A DNA stretch of 64,000 nucleotides, from assembly GCA_037310415.1 (NCBI GenBank), contig CP147780.1, positions 1,088,001-1,152,000 on the forward strand. Direction: 5' to 3'. Each line of letters starts with the position of its first letter. Within the stretch, counting starts at the first letter, position 1. Shown piece by piece: positions 27,789 through 37,079 of this stretch. A program made the position numbers and the translations under genes. The notes under the pieces were generated by a model. That model was not told the DNA's origin and did not search any database. It saw only the letters and a list, made by a program, of their open reading frames with translations. Origin of the DNA: Candidatus Atabeyarchaeum deiterrae. Its GTDB lineage: Archaea; Asgardarchaeota; Atabeyarchaeia; Atabeyarchaeales; Atabeyarchaeaceae.

Positions 27789-29243
27789 CTATTGATGTGC
27801 TACCACTAGGGGGATGCGCTCCAAGTAGCTTTTGTAGTCGAGCATTGCCCTTATCGCCTGAGCCGCTGTCTGAGGATCCTCGTATACTGGGATGCCCCCC
27901 TCTTGTCTGAGATAGCGCAGAACCCTGCTATCTTGATTGGCATATATTGTCAATCCTACTATCGGTTTGCCGTACTTTTGCTTGAGTCCAGCGAGTGCTT
28001 TCGCTTCATCTAGTTCCCTCTTGGTTCCCATCTCTGTCATGATAGTGTCTTCCAGGACAAGGGTGAAGGCTTCCAGCAACCCTACGCCTATGACTATCAC
28101 GGCGTCAATGTAATCTTGTTTTAGAAGCGTTTCCGTACACGTTGACACTACACCTTCACCGAAGGCGCCATCGGTCAAATCAGCGGGATTAGCATGACTC
28201 CAGTACGTCGGAAGGATCTTATTCAATGTTTCAATAGCATCCTTTTTGAGTGGAGGAACTTTAAGGTTCAGGTGATCAGCTTGATCCATGAATTGTACGC
28301 CGACGCCTCCACCGAACGTTACGATCCCTATGTTAGGTCCGTGGGGAATCGGTTGGGTTGAGAAAGCTATTGCTAGATCAAACATTCTAGAAACACTATC
28401 AGCACGTATTGCTCCGCTCGCTTTGAAAGCTGCCGAAACAATTCTATCTGAACCCGCAAGCGTTCCGACATGTGATGCGACGACTTTCTGGCTCGTTTCT
28501 CCTGTTCCTGCTTTCATAACTAGAACCGGTTTTCTTAAGGAAGCCTGCTTCACCGTCTCCATGTATTTTCTGCCATCTCTGAGGCCTTCAAAATAAGTCA
28601 TGATTACCTTCGTTGTAGGGTCATGCGTGTAGTATTCAATGATGTCGGATAAGTCTAGGTTGGCTGAGTCCCCTACGTTAACAAACTTGCTTAGACCCAT
28701 TCGGCGCCGATACGTTAATCCGTGTACGATAACTCCGGGGCTCCCACCTTGTGACACAAACGCGATATTGCCGGGAAGAGGTCTTATGGGACCGAGCAAG
28801 GCTGAGAAGCTTGAGGATGCGCTATACACGCCGTTGCAATTAGGGCCAGTGAAGCGGATCCCACCCTTTCTGGCTATTCGTACGACCTCATGTTCCAGCT
28901 CTGAACCTGACTCTCCAATTTCGCTAAACCCAGCAGAGATAACAATGGCTGCTTTCACGTTCTGTGAGACGCAATCCTCCATTGTCTCTGGCACGAATTT
29001 CGCTGGAAGGGTGAAGATTGCGCAGTCAATATAGTCCTTTATCTGACTGACTCTATTGACTGTTTCAAGTTTCAATATCTTTGAAGTTGCGTTAGAGTTC
29101 ACGAGATAGACTCTGCCTTTGAATCCCCCATTCACAATATTCTTTATCAAAAAACCACTGACACTGATGGGATCTCTCGACGCGCCAATGCACGCCACAA
29201 CCTTCGGGTTGAACAATGGTTCAAGTTCCTCAAAGATACCCAA
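27789..29243 (-). CDS. acdA: Acetate/acyl-CoA ligase (ADP-forming) alpha subunit
   Basis: LFNPKVVACIGAS, SAGFSE, GPNCNG, SQGG, SHVGTLAG (phospho-His), NPADL. Confidence 0.9.
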   Translation of the reverse strand: MGIFEELEPLFNPKVVACIGASRDPISVSGFLIKNIVNGGFKGRVYLVNSNATSKILKLETVNRVSQIKDYIDCAIFTLPAKFVPETMEDCVSQNVKAAIVISAGFSEIGESGSELEHEVVRIARKGGIRFTGPNCNGVYSASSSFSALLGPIRPLPGNIAFVSQGGSPGVIVHGLTYRRRMGLSKFVNVGDSANLDLSDIIEYYTHDPTTKVIMTYFEGLRDGRKYMETVKQASLRKPVLVMKAGTGETSQKVVASHVGTLAGSDRIVSAAFKASGAIRADSVSRMFDLAIAFSTQPIPHGPNIGIVTFGGGVGVQFMDQADHLNLKVPPLKKDAIETLNKILPTYWSHANPADLTDGAFGEGVVSTCTETLLKQDYIDAVIVIGVGLLEAFTLVLEDTIMTEMGTKRELDEAKALAGLKQKYGKPIVGLTIYANQDSRVLRYLRQEGGIPVYEDPQTAAQAIRAMLDYKSYLERIPLVVAHQ

Positions 29244-29513
29244 CTCTATAGTTCACAACCACATCCTTTTCTTAGGGCTTAATAAGTTGGAAAAAGTGAG
29301 GTATAAAAGGATTCTGCGTGGATCACTGCCTTTGCTGATGTTCCCGTGAAAGCGCGACCTATATCTCGCGTTTCCCGAATTCTTCAGTTGGCAAATCAGT
29401 GACGTTAGGTATTGATGCTATCGATTTTCCCAGAATATGTTATAAAGTTATTTCCCTCAATATCAGTTGATTCTGTAGAGCTAGTCCGCTCGCTAATAGG
29501 GTGGGTGCAACTC

Positions 29514-30662
29514 TTGGTCGGCGCTAGAGAGGTTCTTAACAAACTAACATGGGACAAGAGGTACAGTTTAGTTGACTATGCGGTGATCTTTGTCCACAGG
29601 GGAGCAATTCATGATCTCAAGGTTGTCAGAGCTAGTGACATAACAGGCATGGAGAAGAGTTTCTTCGTGATCGAAGAGACCATGATTCCTTTTCATAGGA
29701 TCCGGGCTATTAGAAACATAAAGAATGGGGAGGACATCTATGCTAGGGCAGGTGGCGTCCAGTTTCCTCTTGAACAAATCGAAGGTCATGAAGCGCTGGG
29801 TGACTTCGAGGACATAGCGCATCGCCAATACCAGTCAGATACAAGAAGTGCTCCCATTGGCGAAATTTTGAGTGGCGCCAGATTATCATTTCCGGAAGAT
29901 GAGCCGGACTCATTTGGAAAGAGAGTTGCGGATGCAGCAGAATTGGAATTGGTTGAACTATCATTTTTCAAATATGATGGAAGCGCAGAGGTATCCAGTA
30001 AGTACCAATCCATTTTGAACCTCGCTGAGAATGCTTTGCTTGAATCTGCGCTCAACGTGGTTTCGCTTCACCTGCCAAACATCAATATCCTGAGTGAACA
30101 CAGAGTGCGGGAACTTCTCACTGTGTTTCTCCCCTTTTGTGGCAGAATGAATTGCAGAAGTGTAGTTGTTCATCCTGGTAGAATGTCAGGTTCCGCGCCT
30201 GGTCGTTTGCAGCGTGATGGTGCAGAGCTTATAGATATTCTTAAGAAGTTCTCAGGAGAGCTTGAACAACACAATGTTACTCTTTCCATTGAAACATTTC
30301 CTGAAAGAAATAGGGTTCCTTCGGGAGCAACAGACACACGTGAATTCATTGAGGATCTGTCAAATGTATATAGCATAGCATATGATACTTCACATACGAC
30401 TGGAGATACGGACCAGGTAGTAGGAGATATATTGAACAACATTGACTGGATTAACGTCTTCCACTTCTCTAACCGCAACGATGACGAGAGACATATGCCA
30501 ATCTTCAGCTCAAAAGGAGACCTTGACTTCACAAAGATCATACGTGCAATAAGAAGCAGCAGATTCACAGGGATGATATTCCTCGAGTACCAGCCAAACA
30601 AGTACAGGATGCTACTTGAACGTGACCTAAGAATGCTTAGAAACATGATTCACTCTCAATGA
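29514..30662 (+). CDS. DUF504 (MJ1316-like) domain fused to xylose-isomerase/AP-endonuclease-2 TIM barrel
   Basis: REVLNKLTWD...HRGA...IPFHRI; then SLHLP, VVHPG, IET, YDTSH, FHFSN, RHMP, FLE. Confidence 0.75.
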   Translation: MVGAREVLNKLTWDKRYSLVDYAVIFVHRGAIHDLKVVRASDITGMEKSFFVIEETMIPFHRIRAIRNIKNGEDIYARAGGVQFPLEQIEGHEALGDFEDIAHRQYQSDTRSAPIGEILSGARLSFPEDEPDSFGKRVADAAELELVELSFFKYDGSAEVSSKYQSILNLAENALLESALNVVSLHLPNINILSEHRVRELLTVFLPFCGRMNCRSVVVHPGRMSGSAPGRLQRDGAELIDILKKFSGELEQHNVTLSIETFPERNRVPSGATDTREFIEDLSNVYSIAYDTSHTTGDTDQVVGDILNNIDWINVFHFSNRNDDERHMPIFSSKGDLDFTKIIRAIRSSRFTGMIFLEYQPNKYRMLLERDLRMLRNMIHSQ

Positions 30663-30715
30663 GATTGCAGAGAAATAAAAAAGAGGAGTATGTGAAACAA
30701 TCAATTTCTCTGATT

Positions 30716-31096
30716 CTACCCCAATGGAATAACTCCAACAGTCATCGCGAGTTTTATGAACATGGCAATTTCATTGCCTGCGCCGTAGATCATGAGTTTT
30801 CCTTGCTCCAGAAGCGAACCTCCGCCAATTGGCTTTGCCTTGCCTGAGATCATGTCGTTCCACGCGTCTGGATCGACTTTTAGGGTCAGATCGGGTGCAG
30901 GATATAGTCCACTTCCAAATTCTGCGCCATCAGGGCGGAAGACTATGTGGAACTCCTTCGCGCCGATCTGGAAATTATGGATCCTCCCATAGTATCCCTT
31001 AAGCCATGTTTTGAGAACATCTTTAGCTTTGGGGTTCTTGTTGATTGAATCTACGAGTTTCTTGAATCCCGCTTCGACTTTTTCTAGGTCTACCAT
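30716..31096 (-). CDS. SCP2 sterol/lipid-binding domain protein
   Basis: PDLTLKVDPDAWNDMISGK...QGKLMIYG. Confidence 0.8.
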   Translation of the reverse strand: MVDLEKVEAGFKKLVDSINKNPKAKDVLKTWLKGYYGRIHNFQIGAKEFHIVFRPDGAEFGSGLYPAPDLTLKVDPDAWNDMISGKAKPIGGGSLLEQGKLMIYGAGNEIAMFIKLAMTVGVIPLG

Positions 31097-31139
31097 CTCT
31101 CAATTCACCTTCATCTATTATGCGATCCATTTCCTCTCC

Positions 31140-31394
31140 TCAGGTCTGCTTTGCTGCGTACTCCTTTATGGCATCCAAGCACACTCGGCGCAGATTTCCA
31201 GCTGAGATGCTGCCATATTTCTTGACCATCTTCTTTTCAAGCTTGTCCACGACATCGTCAGGCAATACTAGCTCCACGTGAACTTTGTTTATATCTAGAA
31301 ACCACCTGCCCATGCTTCCAAAGTAGGCATGTTCCACAATCCACTTCGACAGATCTTCTTTCTCTATTCTGGTTTTTCCAAGCCACTCACTCAT
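31140..31394 (-). CDS. Small hypothetical protein, C-terminal RHH-like segment
   Basis: VELVLPDDVVDKLEKK...G...RRVCLDAIKEY; GGAG SD; operonic spacing. Confidence 0.55.
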   Translation of the reverse strand: MSEWLGKTRIEKEDLSKWIVEHAYFGSMGRWFLDINKVHVELVLPDDVVDKLEKKMVKKYGSISAGNLRRVCLDAIKEYAAKQT

Positions 31395-31412
31395 TGTTAG
31401 GACTCTCCCTCC

Positions 31413-31706
31413 CTATTTTGCTAGGTTATACTCTGCATCAATTGTCGATTTAGTGTAGATTCCCTTCACCTTCTCGATTTTCTTGACTCCTGTTGGATCC
31501 TTCATGAAGATCATAAACCCCATTGGCCAGTCCAGTGCTATCCTCTGCTGATCGCCCTTCTTTCTACCGACCTCTATGAGTCCGCCACCTGTTAGCCAAT
31601 TCTCAACGATGAGTCTGCAGAGATCCTCTGTTTTCATTCCAGCGGTTTTGGCAAATTCATCAATTTTCGCTTTGACTTGAGGAGTCAGTTCAAATGATAT
31701 TGGCAT
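31413..31706 (-). CDS. Small hypothetical protein, N-terminal RHH-like segment
   Basis: ISFELTPQVKAKIDEFAKTAGMKTEDLCRLIVENWL. Confidence 0.6.
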   Translation of the reverse strand: MPISFELTPQVKAKIDEFAKTAGMKTEDLCRLIVENWLTGGGLIEVGRKKGDQQRIALDWPMGFMIFMKDPTGVKKIEKVKGIYTKSTIDAEYNLAK

Positions 31707-31731
31707 TGATTTTTCTCACTTCCTCCTTCTT

Positions 31732-32427
31732 TCATTTCTTTCGCAGTGCAGCCCTAACGTATGGTTTTCCCCAATACTCAGAGAAAGTGACGCCTTCAAA
31801 TGGGTATCTTGTTGGCCCAAGTGCTCTTGATCTTTCTGGCACGCCCAGACAGAATGCTGTTACGGGACGCCACCCGTATGGGATTCCAAAGTGCTTTAGA
31901 ACCATGTCGCGTCGCCTTTCATCGCCTATGCATGGGAAACTGTCCCATCCTGCTCCGAGTCCCAAGGCTGTTGCTGCCAACCACATGTTCTCCATTGACA
32001 TTGCGAAGGCCATGTCGGTTATTTCACGAATCGATGACGGAACATAGGGTATGTCATAATACTGATCCGATGTGCAGGACAAAAGTACCACATCAGAATT
32101 CTCGGGATACCTGAAGAGGGAGCCATCAAACATTCCTTCAACAGTGTCTACCCTTCCTTCGGGCGGAACGTACCACAGGCGGTCTGCAGGCATGTCGTAT
32201 TTAGCCATTCCGAATGCCAGAGCAGACGTCTCCTGAGCCAAGTCAGCCAATAGCCTCTTTGACTCTTGGTCACGGATGACAATCCATTTCCACGGTTGAA
32301 TGTTTTCTGGAGAAGGTGCTTGTCTCCCTGCATCTATTACTCTTTCCACCATTGCGTCAGGAACTTTTTCACCTTTCTTAAAGTGCCTTATAGTTCTCCT
32401 AGTGTACATCGCTTCAAAAACATCCAA
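31732..32427 (-). CDS. Nitroreductase family flavoprotein
   Basis: DVFEAMYTRRTIR, APSPENIQPW, ENMWLAATALGLG; likely TTG start at 32427 after GGAGGTG. Confidence 0.9.
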   Translation of the reverse strand: MDVFEAMYTRRTIRHFKKGEKVPDAMVERVIDAGRQAPSPENIQPWKWIVIRDQESKRLLADLAQETSALAFGMAKYDMPADRLWYVPPEGRVDTVEGMFDGSLFRYPENSDVVLLSCTSDQYYDIPYVPSSIREITDMAFAMSMENMWLAATALGLGAGWDSFPCIGDERRRDMVLKHFGIPYGWRPVTAFCLGVPERSRALGPTRYPFEGVTFSEYWGKPYVRAALRKK

Positions 32428-32811
32428 AGGCTTTGACACCTCCATGTTGACTAAGTCGCCTTTATTTCGTAATGAGTTTAAAAGCATATTGGGCGACTCA
32501 TATGTGCCTGCAGGAGAAGGAAGAAGACTAATCCACTCAAACATAGGACCCCTCTTGCGGAGTCCAGGTGAGCGCAAATGCGTTAGGCTATGGTATTCAG
32601 AGGAAATCGGACTTAATGCAATACATTTCTTACAGTTGTCGATATTACTGTTGTTAATTTGCTCCTGAAGATTTATGGCGAGGCAAATCGTCTCTCTCCG
32701 AACGCATCTTAATCGGTTGATCGTCACTTATATAAGGGTGAAGAAACGAAACACATTTCAGACAAGTACAGTATAAGGAATTGAAAAAAAGAGAGCGAGA
32801 GAGGATAGACT

Positions 32812-33087
32812 TTGGGTTTTGACCAAATGATAAAGAAGGGCATCACGAAAGCAACATTCATGGGCGGAGTACTCGTAATGATACTCACTTTAGTCATAGG
32901 GCTTGTACTTGAAATCATTTTTCTACCCGTTCTGTTTTCGAGCATGACGTATCTTTTGCTCGACATCGTAGGCTTGGCAATAACTGGTTTCATAGCGGGC
33001 GCCATAACTGTATACATAATCATGAAGCAAACAATAAAGCAATTCATGCCGCTCATTCAGTCGTTGCTTCCCAAGCCCAAGAAGTAG
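32812..33087 (+). CDS. Small two-TM membrane protein
   Basis: Two hydrophobic helices; TATA-like element upstream. Confidence 0.6.
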   Translation: MGFDQMIKKGITKATFMGGVLVMILTLVIGLVLEIIFLPVLFSSMTYLLLDIVGLAITGFIAGAITVYIIMKQTIKQFMPLIQSLLPKPKK

Positions 33088-33244
33088 CTGAAGGGAAGAG
33101 GCAAGGTAGGATAAAGCCGACCTGTCGAATAGTAGAAGCGAGATACGCCCGGGGTTAGATCTTCGGGGAGGGAGGCATATAGAGCTCTCCCTTGTTTTAT
33201 TTCTCAAATTCGCACCTGATTTACCTACTACACCAGTTTTCGAC

Positions 33245-34321
33245 GTGGTGATGCAAATGCCCAGGAACAGATCAAGTGATTTATCTCCATTTGACAGAGT
33301 TCGTTCAGCAATTGAGCTTCGAGAAACTGATAGAGTGCCTGTAGTTCCCGAGATAACCTATACTTGTGGCAGACTTGTTCACTTGAAGTTCTCGGAAGCT
33401 TTGAAGAGCGCAGAGAAGATGGCAAAAGCATTGGTGACAGGGTACAAGGAATTCGGTTACGACGGTATTTATGCAGGATGGGAAGGATCTTTTACTGTCA
33501 CGGCTGAAGCAATGGGCTCGAAGCTGAAAATACCCGATGATGGGATTCCAAGCGTGGACGGAGCTCTGGTGAACCAGGAAACGGATCTCGACAAAATTAG
33601 GATTCCGGATCCAAAAAGAGATGGCAGGCTGCCTCTACACCTGCAATCGATCAAGCTAATCAGAGAATCTGTAGGAGATAAGGTTCCTATCTTCAGCTAC
33701 GTTCCTGGCCCGCTGACGCTTTCGGGTCTACTTCGCAAGACGGATGTGTTAATGTTGGACCTAATCAGAAACCCCAAAATGGTTCATTCCATGAACAGGC
33801 TCACCATGGAAGCTTCGAAAGCATTCGCGTTGGCTAAGATAGAGAGTGGAGCAGACGTCATAGTAGTGGCAGATCCAAGTGCATCAACAACCATGATCTC
33901 TCCAAAGATGTTCGAAGGCTATTCCTTGCCATACCTCAAGGAGATTCTGAACCAAATATCAAAAGCTGGTGCTATTCCATCCCTGCATATTTGTGGCCAG
34001 ACCACACCGATTCTTGAGGGAATGGTTGAAAGCGGAGCGAAGATTCTCGAACTTGACTCCCAGGTCAACTTGAAGGAGGCCAAACACAGGGTAGGGGCCA
34101 AGATATGTATTCAAGGGAACGTAAACCCGACAGGGATCCTGATGCAAGGTAGCGTTGATGATGTCATTAGAGAAGCAAGAAGATGCATTGAAGACGCTGC
34201 GAAGGGAGGAGGCTTCATCCTCAGCAGTGGATGCGAAGTACCATATGAAGCGAAGATAGCAAACATCAAATCGCTTGTCGAGGCCGCCCTCAAATTCGGT
34301 AAATATGGAAGCATTCACTAA
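33245..34321 (+). CDS. MtaA/CmuA-family methylcobamide methyltransferase (URO-D fold)
   Basis: DRVPVVP, AEAMG, ADPSAS...ISPKMF, LHICG, QGNVNP, FILSSGCEVP. Confidence 0.9.
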   Translation: MVMQMPRNRSSDLSPFDRVRSAIELRETDRVPVVPEITYTCGRLVHLKFSEALKSAEKMAKALVTGYKEFGYDGIYAGWEGSFTVTAEAMGSKLKIPDDGIPSVDGALVNQETDLDKIRIPDPKRDGRLPLHLQSIKLIRESVGDKVPIFSYVPGPLTLSGLLRKTDVLMLDLIRNPKMVHSMNRLTMEASKAFALAKIESGADVIVVADPSASTTMISPKMFEGYSLPYLKEILNQISKAGAIPSLHICGQTTPILEGMVESGAKILELDSQVNLKEAKHRVGAKICIQGNVNPTGILMQGSVDDVIREARRCIEDAAKGGGFILSSGCEVPYEAKIANIKSLVEAALKFGKYGSIH

Positions 34322-34463
34322 CAAATACTATTTAAGTCATAGATCAGTAGAGTAATCGTAAGGAACTAGGACGTTTGAAACCTGTTCCGACGAGTAGAGC
34401 TTTTTGCCCGAATGCTTGGGAAGATACATTTCGAAGCAATCAAGTGTTCAGAGGGAGATACCA

Positions 34464-34805
34464 ATGTTAGTTAAAGTCAGAATTACACGAGTGACTAGCT
34501 TCAAGTCTCCTGACGGGAAACTCGGGAGGCAGATCGACTTTGCCGAAGAGCAGAAGATCAGGCAGCCAATCTTCGCGTCAGCAGAACATGACCAGAATTC
34601 TATGGGAGTGGATGTGGCGGCTCTCATGGGACCACTCATGAAAGGCTTCCAAGGAATGTTTCCAATGGCTGTGCCTAGAATGAGCGTCTGGCTCCTAGAA
34701 GAGGAAATAGAAGAGCTTGGAATACCGATCGAGGTTAATAGGATCTACAACATGGAGATCGTAGGTGGACAGATAAATCTCAAGCCCTTAGAGAATGAAG
34801 ATTAA
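34464..34805 (+). CDS. Arcadin-1 family protein
   Basis: MLVKVRITRVTSFKSPDGKLGRQIDFAEE...PRMSVWLLEEEIEELGIPIEVNRIYNMEI resembles arcadin-1 as recalled. Confidence 0.7.
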   Translation: MLVKVRITRVTSFKSPDGKLGRQIDFAEEQKIRQPIFASAEHDQNSMGVDVAALMGPLMKGFQGMFPMAVPRMSVWLLEEEIEELGIPIEVNRIYNMEIVGGQINLKPLENED

Positions 34806-34841
34806 CATTAGTGATGTGGGTCATGTGGTTGTGTCTTTTAG

Positions 34842-35306
34842 ATGAGAGTCATAGGTATTGTTCTGGAAAAGCTTGAGGCAGAGCGAAACATAGGATTTGA
34901 AGAGCAATTTCCACCTGTCAAGAGTGTAGGAAACAACGTCAGGGTCAAGTCTGTCCAGAATGCTTCTCTGCCAACTCCATCAGGAAATTTCGAGGCTTTG
35001 CGAGTTGGATTTGCGTTCCAGTGCATTTACGACCCTAATGTCGCATCAATCCGCATCGAGGGACAGGCAATCTGTCAGGTCTCGAAAAGTGAAGAGGACA
35101 AGATGCTGTCTTCTTGGAGAAGTCGCGCTGATCTGCCACCAGACCTCATGCCTCTCATAGTTGGTCCGATCATAATGAAATGCCTGGTTAAGGCAGCAGG
35201 ATTATCTGATGACCTCCAGGTTCCGCCACCAATTCCACCGCCGCCTATGCCGAGTCCTCAAACGAGGAAGAAGGATGAGAAAGAGGGCGAAAGTTATATC
35301 GCATAA
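34842..35306 (+). CDS. Conserved archaeal SecB-like-fold hypothetical protein
   Basis: F...Y.P.VASIRIEG...C-terminal LQVPPPIP signature. Confidence 0.55.
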   Translation: MRVIGIVLEKLEAERNIGFEEQFPPVKSVGNNVRVKSVQNASLPTPSGNFEALRVGFAFQCIYDPNVASIRIEGQAICQVSKSEEDKMLSSWRSRADLPPDLMPLIVGPIIMKCLVKAAGLSDDLQVPPPIPPPPMPSPQTRKKDEKEGESYIA

Positions 35307-35321
35307 CGACAATGACTTTCG

Positions 35322-36236
35322 CTAGTTGTGTATATTGTTCCCATGTTTTGATGTAATGACTCTAGAGTAGTAATCTACCTTGCCTACTTGCTTGAACCCT
35401 ACTTCGTCTAGAGCTCCTTTTACAGGAGAATTTTCTTCAACATCGCTGACAATGTAATCACATTGATTGCGCCTGGCAGATTGCATGACATTGGTTAGCA
35501 GTGCCTTCGCAAGATCTAAGCTGTCCCCGCGACTTGGCAAGATACTCATCTTATCGACATACTCAATGTTTCTGCAAATTGTATAGCCAATGGTACCGAC
35601 CATCAGAGTCCCATCATACACTATTAACCTGACCAAGTCATCGTCTTCCAAGGTTCCAACGGGTGTCTCGGAGTGAACCTGTTTCACAGTATCTTCGAAT
35701 GGTCGTGAAGTGGTGGCCGATATGAATAGTGCTCTCCAGTCAAGAGCAGATCCTGCCTTCTTGACCTTGAACCTGCTATCGGGAGATTCTTTTATTCTCC
35801 TTAAGCGGGCAACTTCCAAGAGATACCTGTCTTCAGCTTTTCTGCTGAACTTGTTTTCTTCCATTGCCATCCTAAACTTAGGAGAGTTGATAGGCACAAC
35901 ATACTTGGCTTCTAGATCAGGCGCTCTCCTAGATCCAAGGAGCGATAAAACCTCAGCTAATAGGGCTAGAAGAACCTCTTTTTCGCTTCGGATAGCATGC
36001 ATGAAAAGTATCTCTGTTCTCATCGGCTCCGGAGATGACGCCAGTATGCATGAACCAGCGGCTCCCTTATCATCGACCGCCAGCGAGAATCTTACTTCCC
36101 TACCGACGACACACGACAGCTTCTCCTCTGGAAAAATGACATCGGCAAATGGGATGACGAGTTCTCGGGGAACCGCTCTTCGGAAGTTTTGAATCACACT
36201 ATGACAGGAATGCAGATTAGATTGTATTACCTTCAC
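35322..36236 (-). CDS. Tandem GNAT-like acetyltransferase
   Basis: Two GNAT-like halves; C-terminal LAKALL...ALDEVGFK. Confidence 0.55.
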   Translation of the reverse strand: MKVIQSNLHSCHSVIQNFRRAVPRELVIPFADVIFPEEKLSCVVGREVRFSLAVDDKGAAGSCILASSPEPMRTEILFMHAIRSEKEVLLALLAEVLSLLGSRRAPDLEAKYVVPINSPKFRMAMEENKFSRKAEDRYLLEVARLRRIKESPDSRFKVKKAGSALDWRALFISATTSRPFEDTVKQVHSETPVGTLEDDDLVRLIVYDGTLMVGTIGYTICRNIEYVDKMSILPSRGDSLDLAKALLTNVMQSARRNQCDYIVSDVEENSPVKGALDEVGFKQVGKVDYYSRVITSKHGNNIHN

Positions 36237-36446
36237 AGTCCACTCTAACCGCCCGATATATTGATTCTAAAGAGGACGCTCAGGAGCGTGTAACATCAGT
36301 GACTCAGAAGTTCACAGCGTACTGATAGATAACTTCATATTCTATCCAATAGACTATAAAAACATGTTCCAATATCTCAAAGCGAACTGAGGAGAGAGGA
36401 CTGAAAGAATAACCCCTGAGACTAATGATTCAGAAGCCTTCTGGAT

Positions 36447-36956
36447 TTGGGTTCCGAGGATGAAACGACCATGTCGCGCTCTTCTAAGACTGAACGCTGG
36501 GAGATAGTCAAGCAAACACCTCCAATTGATAAGAAGATCGCCATATTGGTCGACGGACCGAACATGCTCCGCAAGGAGTTTAATGTGAAACTTGAATACA
36601 TCAGGGAGCCCGTGGAGCGGCTTGGCAACATAGTAATAGCCAAGGTTTTCTTGAACACTTTTGCAACTGACAGGCTGCTGGAGGCAATAGCAAATAGTGG
36701 GTTCACGCCTGTGGTGACTGCTATCGACATCTATACCACCATGGCTGTTGAAGCAATCGATGCGATAGAAAGCCACAAGATCAATACAATTGCACTAGCG
36801 AGCCGACATGCGAGATGCGCCCCTATCTTGCGAAAAGTCAAGGAAAAGGGTGTTGAAAGTGTCTCAATAGGTTTTGAGCCGGGATTCAGCACAGCTCTGC
36901 AAAACGCCTCTGATTATGTCATTAAAATCGTTACAGGAAATAGCGTTGGCAAGTGA
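36447..36956 (+). CDS. NYN-domain (TIGR00288-like) protein with degenerate active site
   Basis: IAILVDGPNMLRKE, EAIANSGF, EPGFSTALQNASD. Confidence 0.85.
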   Translation: MGSEDETTMSRSSKTERWEIVKQTPPIDKKIAILVDGPNMLRKEFNVKLEYIREPVERLGNIVIAKVFLNTFATDRLLEAIANSGFTPVVTAIDIYTTMAVEAIDAIESHKINTIALASRHARCAPILRKVKEKGVESVSIGFEPGFSTALQNASDYVIKIVTGNSVGK

Positions 36957-37079
36957 TTGTTCTAGATCGCTGTTTCTTGTCAGGAGGTGGGGAGCATAGA
37001 GTCCTGTGTCTTGCGGATCCACTAGGAACGCCCAGAACTCGAGATAAAGTGATCCATACATTCAAAAAAGGAATCTTCC

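Noticed and set aside
32428-32727. 100-aa N-terminal extension of the nitroreductase in the ORF track
   Set aside because: Family homology begins at DVFEAM after a GGAGGTG SD; the extension overlaps promoter-like sequence.
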